Origin: Myxococcota bacterium
Lineage (GTDB): Bacteria > Myxococcota_A > SURF-8
Direction: 5' to 3'
Assembly (NCBI GenBank): GCA_965140415.1
Contig: OZ223209.1
Span: forward strand, 4,608,001 to 4,672,000
Length of the DNA: 64,000 nucleotides
Of the stretch, positions 9,551 through 19,394 are shown in pieces. A program made the translations under genes and the position numbers. The notes beneath the pieces were generated by a model, which saw only the letters and a program-made list of their open reading frames with translations, had not been told where the DNA came from and searched no databases. Each line of letters begins with the position of its first letter. Position 1 is the stretch's first letter.

Positions 9551-10525
9551 TTACCTCCCCGCTAGCGCTTTCCAGCTTTTACCGCCGTCCGTCGTTTTCA
9601 GTATCGTGGCTCGCCCTCCCGCTGCATATCCTTCCGTTTTGGAAACGAAATAAACGGAGTCCAGCCAGGTGTAAATGCCGGTGCGATGCACGCTCCAGTC
9701 GCCATCTTCAAAAGCCGGTCCGGAAGCGAAGATGCCGTCCTGGCCGACTGCGAACAGAATGCCATCTTTCAATGACAGGCTGAACAGATGCCGCTTGTTT
9801 TCCAACTCTCTCTTGGTCCAGGTTTCGCCACCATCGACTGTGAAAAGGATTTCACCTTCGCCGCCAACCGCCGCACCATGCATGTCATCGACGAACTCGA
9901 TATCGTACAACGGCGTTTCGATCGGCGTCTGCTGACGCAGCCAGGTTTTGCCGCCGTCTTTGGTGTGCAGAATCACGCCGAACTCACCGGCGATCCAGCC
10001 GGTTGTGGTGTTGATGAAACAAACTGCATTCAAACCCGGTTCGTCTTCGGCGTCTTCGGGCAATTCGTATTGCTGACGCTGCCAGCTCTTGCCGCCGTCG
10101 GCGCTGTGGAAAATCGTATTGAAATGTCCCACCACCCATGCCAGCTCGCTGCCTTCAACGGCATCGATACCAAACAACGGATTCTTGGTTTCGATTTTCA
10201 CCGCTTGCCAGCTTTTGCCACCATCCTGGGTGAATGAAAGAAAACCTGCGGGACCGCTGACGACAGCTCTTTTCTGATCGAAATAATCAAGGCTGTACAG
10301 GGCGAAATGGCTCCGTACATCGACAGCCGAAAAGGCGGCGCCCGAATCTTTCGTTTCCAACAAGAGGCCAGGATAACCACTGACCCAAAGCCCACCATTC
10401 CAGGGCGTGATGTCGAAAAACTTGTCGCGATGATTCAGGGTGGATAACGGATCGCCGCCCCATGCGGGGGCGGCGATCAGAAGAATAACAACAAGGGATA
10501 AAACCCCTATGCGAATTGTGCTCAT
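9551..10525 (-). CDS. YCF48-like/BNR-repeat beta-propeller protein
   Basis: Signal peptide and repeated T/SxDGGKS/TW Asp-boxes. Confidence 0.9.
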   Translation of the reverse strand: MSTIRIGVLSLVVILLIAAPAWGGDPLSTLNHRDKFFDITPWNGGLWVSGYPGLLLETKDSGAAFSAVDVRSHFALYSLDYFDQKRAVVSGPAGFLSFTQDGGKSWQAVKIETKNPLFGIDAVEGSELAWVVGHFNTIFHSADGGKSWQRQQYELPEDAEDEPGLNAVCFINTTTGWIAGEFGVILHTKDGGKTWLRQQTPIETPLYDIEFVDDMHGAAVGGEGEILFTVDGGETWTKRELENKRHLFSLSLKDGILFAVGQDGIFASGPAFEDGDWSVHRTGIYTWLDSVYFVSKTEGYAAGGRATILKTTDGGKSWKALAGR

Positions 10526-11811
10526 CTTCCCCTCTTGCGCAGATTGCTCTCCGTGAATTCGTCCGGGTTGAGATTGGTATTTGCCTTGATCTCATAAACC
10601 GGGAAAGCGGTGGCGTGCTCGGCCTGAACGTCGATTACCAACTGCATGCCGTACATCGGCGGCTGCTCGTCCATATCGGGAGATTCGTTGTAACCGGTAA
10701 TCAACAGCTTCCACAATTCACCCTTTTTGTCGTAGGACTCTTTGTAGGTAATCAGGAAGGTTTCAGCATCGAAGTAGATATTCATTTTGCTGTAGGGATA
10801 ATCGGGCAACTTTGGCGTAACTTCCACCACGTACATCGGGCGCGGCTCCCAGGCGACTTTCGGATTCCAGTGCGGCCACTTGTCGAACTGGAAAGTCTTA
10901 CCCGCGTTTTCCTTGCCCAGCGCGATTCCGGCATGCATGGGCATGAGATAGGTTTTCTTGCCGACCAGTTTCCAGTTCATCCATTCCGGGTAGCCCATGA
11001 AGCCGCGCACGTCTTCATAGAGCAGATCGGTGGAGTTCCAGGTATCGCCGCGAGTACCGAAAGTATTGCGCAGCACGCGCTTCATCGACGGCACGTAAAT
11101 GTGACCCTGCTGATCCAGAGGCAGTTCGGAACGGCTGTAGAGCGCACCGAATCCGCGCTTGTCGTAAGGGCTCAAGGCGTAGGTGATCGACGTGTATTGC
11201 AGGTTCTGTTCTTTGAATTTCTTGATATGCGGAATCGGCTCCAGATCCGTGCGGTGCATAGCGCGCATGATGAAATACCAGCGCCACTCTTCGAAGTGTT
11301 CCACACCCTTGGCCGCCGAAATCCAATACACGGCGTAATACAGGTCGCCATCGTCACCGTTATAGGAATACTGGTAGTTCCAGGCAACTTCCGTACCCGT
11401 TTTGGGCTGCGGGAAAGGCAGACCGGCGGTGTAGTTTTCGATCCCTTTTTTGCGGATATCGGTGCTCGGCACGGATTTCGGCTGGCCGCGATATTTATTG
11501 GTCGCAGCGATGTAACCTTCGGAGGGATGAATGGGCGCGTAGTTACGTGTTTTCACCTTCAACTTGTACTTCTTGATCAAGGTCTCGAAGGTCGAAGGAA
11601 ACAGCGCCTTGTACTTATCGTAGTTACTGGCCTTGATCGTTGTTCCGGCTGGAACCGGATTGGTTTTAAGATCGGGGGCGAAACCGACCGAAGCACCCCA
11701 GTTTTCAGAGGTGATCGGAGTAGCCTGAGCCATTGCCGTGGCGGAAAACAACAGGCAACACATCAATACCAGGCCGGTTATAATGATTGGGGGAAGTCGA
11801 AACGTCAGCAT
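10522..11811 (-). CDS. DUF1329-family periplasmic protein (LolA-like fold)
   Basis: Signal peptide plus GLPFPQPKTGTEVAWN, YVPSMKRV, WNWKLVGKK-like, WEPRPMYVVE and YDKKGELWK. Context fits. Confidence 0.85.
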   Translation of the reverse strand: MLTFRLPPIIITGLVLMCCLLFSATAMAQATPITSENWGASVGFAPDLKTNPVPAGTTIKASNYDKYKALFPSTFETLIKKYKLKVKTRNYAPIHPSEGYIAATNKYRGQPKSVPSTDIRKKGIENYTAGLPFPQPKTGTEVAWNYQYSYNGDDGDLYYAVYWISAAKGVEHFEEWRWYFIMRAMHRTDLEPIPHIKKFKEQNLQYTSITYALSPYDKRGFGALYSRSELPLDQQGHIYVPSMKRVLRNTFGTRGDTWNSTDLLYEDVRGFMGYPEWMNWKLVGKKTYLMPMHAGIALGKENAGKTFQFDKWPHWNPKVAWEPRPMYVVEVTPKLPDYPYSKMNIYFDAETFLITYKESYDKKGELWKLLITGYNESPDMDEQPPMYGMQLVIDVQAEHATAFPVYEIKANTNLNPDEFTESNLRKRGR

Positions 11812-11844
11812 GTTGGAACCTTCCTTGCTTGTACTGATCTTACA

Positions 11845-13503
11845 TTAGAACTGATACCGGATTCTTAAATTGAGTTCGTCCCGGTCGCGGAACAGACCCA
11901 AAGCCTTGTACGGATCTTCGCCGAAGAAATCCGTAACCTGGAAACGCAACCGCCAATGACGGCCCAGGCGCAGATCCACACTTCCTGCAATGAATCCGCT
12001 ACGCGGATGGATATAAGCCGCAACCACTTTAGGCGTCAGCATACCGTGCAGGTAAGTGGTGCCCATGACGAAGACACCGGTAAAGGAATGTTTTTTTAGT
12101 TTGTAGTCGTTGAAGCCCGGAATGGCAACGACATCCTGCTTGTCCTTTTCCGACAGATTCGGAATGATGGAATGCTGCCATTGCAACACGAACAGGGTGT
12201 TCTGCGTCGGGTTCAACCAGCGAATCATGGTCGGTCGCATGATTTGAACGGCGTAGTTGATGGTGCAGTACTTCGGCTGATCGAAATACTGTCGCTTGTT
12301 GCCGCCCATGTATTCGGGGTCGTAATACTTCTCGTTGGTTTTGGATTGCCGCGGATAGGTGCGATCCGGTTCCACCGAAGCTTCCAGTTTGGCCACCATG
12401 CCGATCGGGCTTTCAAATGCGTAGTCGATACTACCGCCGATGATATGCTGCCTTGGGAAGCCAAGATACAAGGTCTCCAGGAACTGGTTTCCGTCCATAT
12501 CCGTTTTGGGGAAGCCGTCTTCTTTGAGTACCAGATCGAAATACAACGGAATCGGCGGCGAAATCATGTGCGTGTAGTAATACAACAGCGAGTAGGAGGA
12601 CTGCGCGTTGATGTTGCCTTTCCAGCGAATACCGATGCGCTGATCCTCGATCGCATTGCCGGGATACAGGAATTTCTTTTTAGAGATCACGAACGGCGAA
12701 GGCGTATTGCTCAGCGGCAATCCCCAGGCGCCGACCATGGTCAAGGGCACCGTTACCGTATCTTCATCGCGGTCGATGCCAGGTACCCAGACCAATTCCA
12801 GTGAATGATCGATATCCTTGAATTCGATCATGGCTTTGGCCATCCACAACGGAATACGTGTATCCTCGAAAGATTCCAGCGGTCCGAAGTGCCAACTCGA
12901 ATTTTCCGGGTTGATGACATCGAGCAGGCGGTAGGAGTTGATGTCACCCCAGACGACCTGTTGACGTCCCAAGCGGAAGGAAAGCCAGTTGGTGGCTTCG
13001 ATATCCACGTAGAATTCGCGCAGGTCCACCTCATTATAGAAGTTGCTCTGCACGTAGTTCATGGCGTATTCGCGCTTGTCCACGCCATCGGGATATTCCG
13101 GCGGCTGGGCATAACGATCCAGATCCAGTTTGAGCGAACCGACGGCACGCACCACGGCATGCACCAGAATTCGTTCTTCCGGGCGCCATTCGGCCATCAG
13201 TTGCAAGGTGCCTCTCATCATCGAGGGCTTACCCGATTTACCACCATGATCCTGGGTATAACAGGATGTCGGGTAGTTCACCGGATCACACTGCTTGCTG
13301 GTGTCATACTCGTCTTTGACGTTGGATTTGCCGTAGGCGATATTGTCGTAGTCTTCAAATCCGTTAGACGCCAGCGGAACGAAAATACCCGCCTGCATCT
13401 GGATGTAGCCGTCAAACGAAAACTCTTTTTCTTGTGCCTGACCGATAGACGGCAAAAACAGCAGGATAAGCAGACCCACTATCACAGCATGAAGTTTTTT
13501 CAC
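11845..13503 (-). CDS. DUF1302-like outer-membrane beta-barrel protein
   Basis: GTG start and signal peptide, LREFYVD, RLGRQQVVWG and LDVINP. C-terminal RDRDELNLRIRYQF ends in Phe. Confidence 0.8.
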   Translation of the reverse strand: MKKLHAVIVGLLILLFLPSIGQAQEKEFSFDGYIQMQAGIFVPLASNGFEDYDNIAYGKSNVKDEYDTSKQCDPVNYPTSCYTQDHGGKSGKPSMMRGTLQLMAEWRPEERILVHAVVRAVGSLKLDLDRYAQPPEYPDGVDKREYAMNYVQSNFYNEVDLREFYVDIEATNWLSFRLGRQQVVWGDINSYRLLDVINPENSSWHFGPLESFEDTRIPLWMAKAMIEFKDIDHSLELVWVPGIDRDEDTVTVPLTMVGAWGLPLSNTPSPFVISKKKFLYPGNAIEDQRIGIRWKGNINAQSSYSLLYYYTHMISPPIPLYFDLVLKEDGFPKTDMDGNQFLETLYLGFPRQHIIGGSIDYAFESPIGMVAKLEASVEPDRTYPRQSKTNEKYYDPEYMGGNKRQYFDQPKYCTINYAVQIMRPTMIRWLNPTQNTLFVLQWQHSIIPNLSEKDKQDVVAIPGFNDYKLKKHSFTGVFVMGTTYLHGMLTPKVVAAYIHPRSGFIAGSVDLRLGRHWRLRFQVTDFFGEDPYKALGLFRDRDELNLRIRYQF

Positions 13504-13528
13504 GCCATCCTCCTAACACGAAGTAGGG

Positions 13529-13563
13529 AAAAAATGGCGGGGGCGGTGTTATTTCCGCCCCCG
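13529..13563 (-). terminator. Intra-operon hairpin or weak terminator between the lipoprotein and DUF1302 genes
   Basis: CGGGGGCGG...CCGCCCCCG stem followed by CCATTTTTT on the minus strand. Confidence 0.5.
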
Positions 13564-13578
13564 AAACCAGAATGCCTT

Positions 13579-14457
13579 TTACTCACAGGTATCAGGCATC
13601 GGATTCTTCGTGGTGTCGAAGGAAGCATCCCATTCGCAGTCGATGGGGCTGTAGGTGTTGTCAAAGGCGTAGATGTTACTGATCGCGATGGAGTCCGGGA
13701 AAATGTGTAGCTGGGTGCAACCGATTTTCTTGTCGTCGAAGAAGCCCTGGACTTCTTTGGTGCCGGTAGCGACGTTGCCGATGAGGAAGAAGCCGTTGAG
13801 CGGGTTGACGCTGGTGCGACCTTCCAGGTTGATGGGCAGGGTGCTGTCGTTGAAGTAACGCACGTCGCCACTGCCATCGCCCATCGCGGCGGTACCGCAG
13901 CCGACGAATTCTTCTTCGTCCTGATCGTTGACCCAGTACAAACCACCGGCGATGATACCTTTGTTGGTATCCACCTGAATTCCAGCCAGCGCCGGAGCGA
14001 AGTTGTAGGTGCTTTCAGCGACCGACCACAGTTTCTCGTCGTCCGCCTGAGCGGTAATGTTGAACTGATAGGTGTCCACCGTTTCGCCGTCTTTTTTGGC
14101 GACCAGGAAACCGACGTAGTCGTCTTTGAGTCCGGTGAACTCGACATAGCCTTCGCTGTCGGTCGTTTCGGGATCGATATCCGTGAACGCCAGACCATTG
14201 GTGTTGTTCAGCACGTACACGACCAGACCCGCCGTTTTGACGTCGCTTTCGAAATCGACGACGTAGCCGCGGAAGTTGTTGCTGCCGCCGCCGCCCAGGT
14301 TTTCATCCGAGTCGCCATCGATCGTGCCGTCGCCATCGGCGGTGTCGCCATCTGCGGTGTCGCCATCGATCGTGGTGTTGTCGTCATCGTCATCGCAACC
14401 CTGGAATACGAATACCAGTGAAAGCAAAGCCAGCAAAAGCAGTAGTTTTTTCGTCAT
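13579..14457 (-). CDS. Lipoprotein with DGD linker and predicted beta-sandwich domain
   Basis: AAGGAG RBS, lipobox FQGC, DDDDD followed by DGD x4-5. Confidence 0.8.
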   Translation of the reverse strand: MTKKLLLLLALLSLVFVFQGCDDDDDNTTIDGDTADGDTADGDGTIDGDSDENLGGGGSNNFRGYVVDFESDVKTAGLVVYVLNNTNGLAFTDIDPETTDSEGYVEFTGLKDDYVGFLVAKKDGETVDTYQFNITAQADDEKLWSVAESTYNFAPALAGIQVDTNKGIIAGGLYWVNDQDEEEFVGCGTAAMGDGSGDVRYFNDSTLPINLEGRTSVNPLNGFFLIGNVATGTKEVQGFFDDKKIGCTQLHIFPDSIAISNIYAFDNTYSPIDCEWDASFDTTKNPMPDTCE

Positions 14458-15059
14458 GTTCCATTCTCCTTAGATTGTAGTAATGCCCATTATTCGGAAT
14501 AGCCTGGTTGGGTGCTATTCTACCTGTAGTTGCTGCATCATAAACGACACGAGCCGAAGAAATATATCGGCCTGTCCCAGTACGACTATGAATACTCGAT
14601 TAGTTTTATAATCTTACCGAACTTATATCATGAGTAGACAAGGGCGTCAAGGATCGTCGCACTTATCGTGTACGAGTTTTTATAATGCATTGCGTGATCG
14701 ATTTTAATGCAATGCGTCGAGATTTTGCCGTCACAGCGGTCATTTCTGTCTGTCGCTGACAAAAAAGATCTTCGGTGCATTGCTCCGCTGGATGCGAAGA
14801 AACGCAGAGCAGAAAGCCGATAATTTGAGCGTTATTGCGGAAAAGATAACTTTTTCATAGAAATAAGCTGCAAGTTGCACTATGATAAAATACCCTCGAA
14901 AGTTGTATATGAGGGGAGGGACATGGAATCTCGCGTATTGCAGTGCATTGAATTCGGACATCGAAGCTGGCGATAGGTGAATTCCGCTGAATGCTGTAGC
15001 AACCGGTATGATTTACTGAACAGCACAGGCCGAAAATCAACAAGAGAGGAATCGAAACG

Positions 15060-15521
15060 ATGAACACTGAAATCGTAAAGCCCTTTATCAAGGCCACAAT
15101 CGATTGCTTTGACATGATGATGGACGTGACGCCGGAACAACGTTCGGTCGCACTTCAGCCACCTCCCGTACAACAAAACGATATCTGCGCGTTGATCGGC
15201 TTTTCCGGTGATTCACAAGGCATCTGCTCCTTGACCTTCGATACGAAGGTTGCGGTACAACTGGTAAGCCGATTCTTGGGTGAGGAAGTCACCGAAGTCG
15301 ATGAAGGCGTGTACGATGCCGTCGGGGAGATGATCAACATCATCGCCGGTAACGCAAAAGCGGAAATGAGTTCCTCGAAAGTCATGATTTCGCTGCCTTC
15401 GGTCATGCACGGAGAAAAATATTCCATGTCGATGCCGAAAGATGTTCCGATCATTCAGGTTGAATTCGACCTACCGGAGATCGGAGAAATGCGCATCATG
15501 ATCGGACTGAAAGAAGCGTAA
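15060..15521 (+). CDS. cheX: Chemotaxis phosphatase CheX
   Basis: VKPFIKAT, ALIGFSGD, DAVGEMINIIAGN (E-x-x-N) and ISLPSV. Confidence 0.92.
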   Translation: MNTEIVKPFIKATIDCFDMMMDVTPEQRSVALQPPPVQQNDICALIGFSGDSQGICSLTFDTKVAVQLVSRFLGEEVTEVDEGVYDAVGEMINIIAGNAKAEMSSSKVMISLPSVMHGEKYSMSMPKDVPIIQVEFDLPEIGEMRIMIGLKEA

Positions 15522-15620
15522 ACCACGAAGCACCGGGTCATCGGTCGAGATTGAATGCCAGTTCGGCAAGACGTTCAGCACCGAACGATTGGAACCCTAT
15601 CGAGACAGAGGAGAAAAATC

Positions 15621-15989
15621 ATGAAGGTTCTGGTTGTAGACGATTCCAGCACGATGAGAAAAATCGTAAGTAAAACGGTCAAGCAGGCAGGCGCAACGGA
15701 AATCGTGGAAGCGGAAGACGGAATCGATGCGCTGAAGAAGATGAAAGAACACGAATTCAAATTCGATCTGGTCATGATGGACATCAACATGCCGCGCGCC
15801 GATGGCGTCACCACCTTGAAACAGCTTAAATCGCTTGAAATGACCAAGGGTATTCCGGTAATCATGTGCACCTCAGAAGCCGAGAAAGAACTGGTTCTGG
15901 AATGCATCAAGGCTGGCGCTTCGGATTATATCGTCAAGCCGTTCACCAAAGATCTGATTACGGAAAAATTCAAGAAGCTAATCGGCTAA
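15621..15989 (+). CDS. cheY: CheY-like single-domain response regulator
   Basis: VLVVDDSSTMRK, DINMP phosphoacceptor, T, YIVKPF. GAGGAG RBS before ATG 15621. Confidence 0.88.
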   Translation: MKVLVVDDSSTMRKIVSKTVKQAGATEIVEAEDGIDALKKMKEHEFKFDLVMMDINMPRADGVTTLKQLKSLEMTKGIPVIMCTSEAEKELVLECIKAGASDYIVKPFTKDLITEKFKKLIG

Positions 15990-16028
15990 CCTCCAGATCA
16001 TCGGATCCTATAGTTGCTTTGGATTGGT

Positions 16029-19000
16029 ATGAAAATCTGGCGCGCCATCCCATTCGGGGCCTGCATTATGCTGCTGGTGTTGTGGGGAACACTTGCATTG
16101 GCCCGTCCACCTGCAAGCCGAGAAATCGCGCTGGCGCTTGAAAAGACAAGTCCCGAATCTTCCGGAGAATGGGAACGAACCGGCGTTGACTCCCTAAAAA
16201 CGCTGATCGAACTGATGGACGCCCGAGACAAGCTGTCCATTCTCTCATTCGACCGACAAGTCAACGTGTTGCAGCCGCGACGCCAGATGGAAGCTGCTGC
16301 AAAAAAAGCATCTATCAAACTGCTTTCGACTCTCTCCGACTCCCAACCCGGCTGCGATCTCGAACGGCTGCTCAACCGGGCCTTGTTCCAGTTTTCCGGT
16401 AAAGAAGGGATGGAACGCTCCTTATTATTGGTCACAACGGGACGCATCGATCTGGATGGAGACCCGGAACAACTCAGTGTGGAAGAAGAGAATTCGCGCA
16501 AGCGCATCCTTTCGGAAGTGCTTCAACGTTTTAAAAAACGCGGTATTCGGTTGTTCGCAATCGCAAAGAGTGATACGGCGGATGCTGAACTGCTGCGCAC
16601 ATTCTGCCTGAATAGCAACGGCTTGTACTTCCCTGCCCAAAGCAAGCAGGAAATCGCCAAAGCCGCTTTTCGGATCTTCACGCGCATACAGGAGTTACAG
16701 TTTGCACCGGTCGAAAACGGACGTTTCGTGCTGGACAAGTCGGTTAAAAACGCCACCGTCGTCATTGCAGGCAGCGAGCAGCGACCAAAACTGCGCGCAT
16801 CCCGATTTAAAGGATCGCATCGCAAAAAGCGGAATACGAAAGCACGCTGGTCTGGTAATTCGGCTTTTACCCTGGCCTCTATTTCCTCCCCTGCTCCGGT
16901 AGCATGGCATGTGGATGGAGCCTCCCCGGATTCGGTGTACGTCATCCTGAACAGCGATGTGAACCTGGATGTCCCCTTCTCGCGCAGCGTCTACTTGCAA
17001 AACGAACCGATTCCGCTCTTGGCGCGGTTGGATTTCATGGGCAAGCCCTCCGATTCTTCGATTCGCCCCACCCTTTCCGCCGAATTGCATAACTGGCAGG
17101 GGAAACGGTTACGCAGCGCAACACTGACGGACAGCGGCAGCACGACCGGCGCCTGCGACTCCGACGCCGCCGATCGCTGGGCCGGAAATTATGCGGCTGC
17201 ACTACTGGCGGATTCGACCCCTTTGAAGGAAGGGCTATACCAGATTCGGGTGTTGGCCAAGGGAGACGCCTTCGGGCGTGAGCGTCATTTCAGCATTCAA
17301 GTCGTGGCTGGTAGCTGGGTCCAGATTTCCCCCCAGAAAGCCAACGAGGACAAATTGCAGTGGGATTTGCAGATCACCAACGACTTGCTGGATGGACCGC
17401 TTAATGCCGAAGGTCGCGTGACCCAACCGAATCTCAATCCGGAGAAACCGGTGCAGATCAGCATTACAAGCCCTTCAGGCAAAGTTATACCTGCGGAACT
17501 GACCGCACTTGGCGACGGGCGCTATCGGGCGAGTTTGAGCCAGCCTTCCGAAGCAGGAGAATACCAGCTTTCCATTAAAGGCAATTTGGGAATCGATGCC
17601 CTGGTCTGCTTGAATCTCGCCTCTACACAAACGATCACGATTTCCAAGAATGACCTGGCGGGTTTGAAGAAAGAGGAAACCGAAGAACGCTCCTTCCCAG
17701 TGGCGGAAGCGGTATTGTTTGTCGTTCTGCTTGGCATGCTTGGAACGATGGTGGTGATGTGGCGTCGCATGCAGAAAGCAACCGAAAAAACCGGAATCAT
17801 CGAAGTCGCTTACGAATACGATTCCTCAGAAGATGCCTTCGATATGGACATCCCCAGCCTGGATGAAGACGAATTGATGGATGAAGCATCGGAAGGAATC
17901 GCTTTCATCGAAGACCGCGCCAAAGCCAGTGCGGAAGCATTGAGAGGCAAACCGCTTACGGTTTCGGATGCGTTCCCACTTGCGGATGATGACGAAATCG
18001 TAGACGGACCGGCAGCCAAAGAACCGGAACTTCCCGAAGCTCCGGATGGCATTCTGAATATGAGCTGGGGATTCGAAGAACTCAGCCTGCAAGATGCACC
18101 TACCGTGGACGCCCTGGCGGATCAGGCTTCCGGTCAACCCTCGATGAAAGAGTTGGAAGCCAGCCTCAGTATGGCTGAAGATGCGTTGAATCAACCGGAA
18201 GTGGAACAAGAAGAACCCGAACCGGAGGATCAAGAAGCCGCAGAGATGGAAGCCGAATCGGAAGAAGAAGCCGATGCGGAAGCCGAATCCACTGTCGAAG
18301 AAGAAGAAGAACGCTATAGCTTTAAACGTGCGCGCCGTGAAAAAGAGTCCGGCGAGATGGATCTGGATGAAATCGATTCCATCCTGAATCAAATGGAATC
18401 CTTTGCCGGTATCGAACCGGAAGAGGTCGAGGAACAGGCTGTAGAGGCAGAGGAGGAAAGCACGTTCAGCGGCTTGCAACGTGGTCTTGACATAGACGAC
18501 ATGGAACGACCTCCGGTGGATGCAGCGGACATTCCCGATTTCGAAGCAGAAGCGGAAACAGAAGCCGCAGAAGAAGAAATCGAGCAGGAAGAAAAACCCG
18601 TCTCTGCACAGGATGAACTTGAAGCGTTGATGGCTGACTTGCAGAAGGGCAACGTTGCCGCTTCCGAATCGCAGCCGGAAGAAGCTGTCGAAGAAACTGT
18701 CGAAGAAGAAGAAGACACAGAAGAACCTGTGCCCGCCATTTCTGAGCCCCAGGAAAGCCCCCAGGAAAAAGCAAGCGCCCAGAATGAACTGGATGATTTG
18801 ATGGCGGAGCTTTCCCAGATGAATGTGAAAAAAGAAGAAGCGCCCGCCACACCAGCGCAACCGGAAGAAGAAGCGATTTCGGAACCGGAAGAAGAAGAAC
18901 CGGAATTGTCGGATGATGAAAAAGCAGCCATTGAAGAAATGGCTACGGAAGCGGAAAACATCAAGCAGCAGATCGAACAAAACGTAGAAGAAATCACCGA

Positions 19001-19358
19001 GATGGTCGCTGCGATCAATGAAGCGGGAATCGAATCCTACAACGAACAAGTAAAAGAAAGACTGTCGGAGGCTCGTTCGATATCCACCTCGGCAGTTGTG
19101 GCGGTTGAGCAGGTGCGCCTGTCCGGCTCCGAAGATGAAGCCACCTGGATGATGGGTGAAGTGGAACAGGCGCTGCAAAAGGTCTCCCGCCTACTGGAAG
19201 ATGTGGAGCATATCCGAGCCGAAGCCGTCAAGGAACAGGATAAGCAGGCGATGGAGCAACTGATCAGCGACATGGAGGAATCCACGAAGGGTCAGGGCAA
19301 GATCATCAAACCGGGCAAGAAGAAGAAGGATTTCGGCTCGGTTGTGGAAAAGAAATAG
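16029..19358 (+). CDS. Single-pass membrane protein: periplasmic degenerate vWA-like and Ig-like domains, very acidic cytoplasmic tail
   Basis: Signal peptide, vWA-like segments (DKLSILSFD, LLLVTTG, IRLFAI), TM AVLFVVLLGMLGTMVVMWRR, then about 520 aa rich in E/D/A. Confidence 0.7.
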   Translation: MKIWRAIPFGACIMLLVLWGTLALARPPASREIALALEKTSPESSGEWERTGVDSLKTLIELMDARDKLSILSFDRQVNVLQPRRQMEAAAKKASIKLLSTLSDSQPGCDLERLLNRALFQFSGKEGMERSLLLVTTGRIDLDGDPEQLSVEEENSRKRILSEVLQRFKKRGIRLFAIAKSDTADAELLRTFCLNSNGLYFPAQSKQEIAKAAFRIFTRIQELQFAPVENGRFVLDKSVKNATVVIAGSEQRPKLRASRFKGSHRKKRNTKARWSGNSAFTLASISSPAPVAWHVDGASPDSVYVILNSDVNLDVPFSRSVYLQNEPIPLLARLDFMGKPSDSSIRPTLSAELHNWQGKRLRSATLTDSGSTTGACDSDAADRWAGNYAAALLADSTPLKEGLYQIRVLAKGDAFGRERHFSIQVVAGSWVQISPQKANEDKLQWDLQITNDLLDGPLNAEGRVTQPNLNPEKPVQISITSPSGKVIPAELTALGDGRYRASLSQPSEAGEYQLSIKGNLGIDALVCLNLASTQTITISKNDLAGLKKEETEERSFPVAEAVLFVVLLGMLGTMVVMWRRMQKATEKTGIIEVAYEYDSSEDAFDMDIPSLDEDELMDEASEGIAFIEDRAKASAEALRGKPLTVSDAFPLADDDEIVDGPAAKEPELPEAPDGILNMSWGFEELSLQDAPTVDALADQASGQPSMKELEASLSMAEDALNQPEVEQEEPEPEDQEAAEMEAESEEEADAEAESTVEEEEERYSFKRARREKESGEMDLDEIDSILNQMESFAGIEPEEVEEQAVEAEEESTFSGLQRGLDIDDMERPPVDAADIPDFEAEAETEAAEEEIEQEEKPVSAQDELEALMADLQKGNVAASESQPEEAVEETVEEEEDTEEPVPAISEPQESPQEKASAQNELDDLMAELSQMNVKKEEAPATPAQPEEEAISEPEEEEPELSDDEKAAIEEMATEAENIKQQIEQNVEEITEMVAAINEAGIESYNEQVKERLSEARSISTSAVVAVEQVRLSGSEDEATWMMGEVEQALQKVSRLLEDVEHIRAEAVKEQDKQAMEQLISDMEESTKGQGKIIKPGKKKKDFGSVVEKK

Positions 19359-19394
19359 CCACGGTCACTTCTACAAAGTACAGGACGTCCTCTC

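Noticed and set aside
10516-11868. Long antisense ORFs (also 17826-19178, 27087-28229, 42973-44220, 50043-51077 and 57483-58430)
   Set aside because: They lie opposite well-supported genes and are expected from codon bias.
14458-15059. 600-bp divergent intergenic region with small ORFs and short palindromes
   Set aside because: No recognisable riboswitch or tRNA motif, and the ORFs lack support. Likely promoter DNA.
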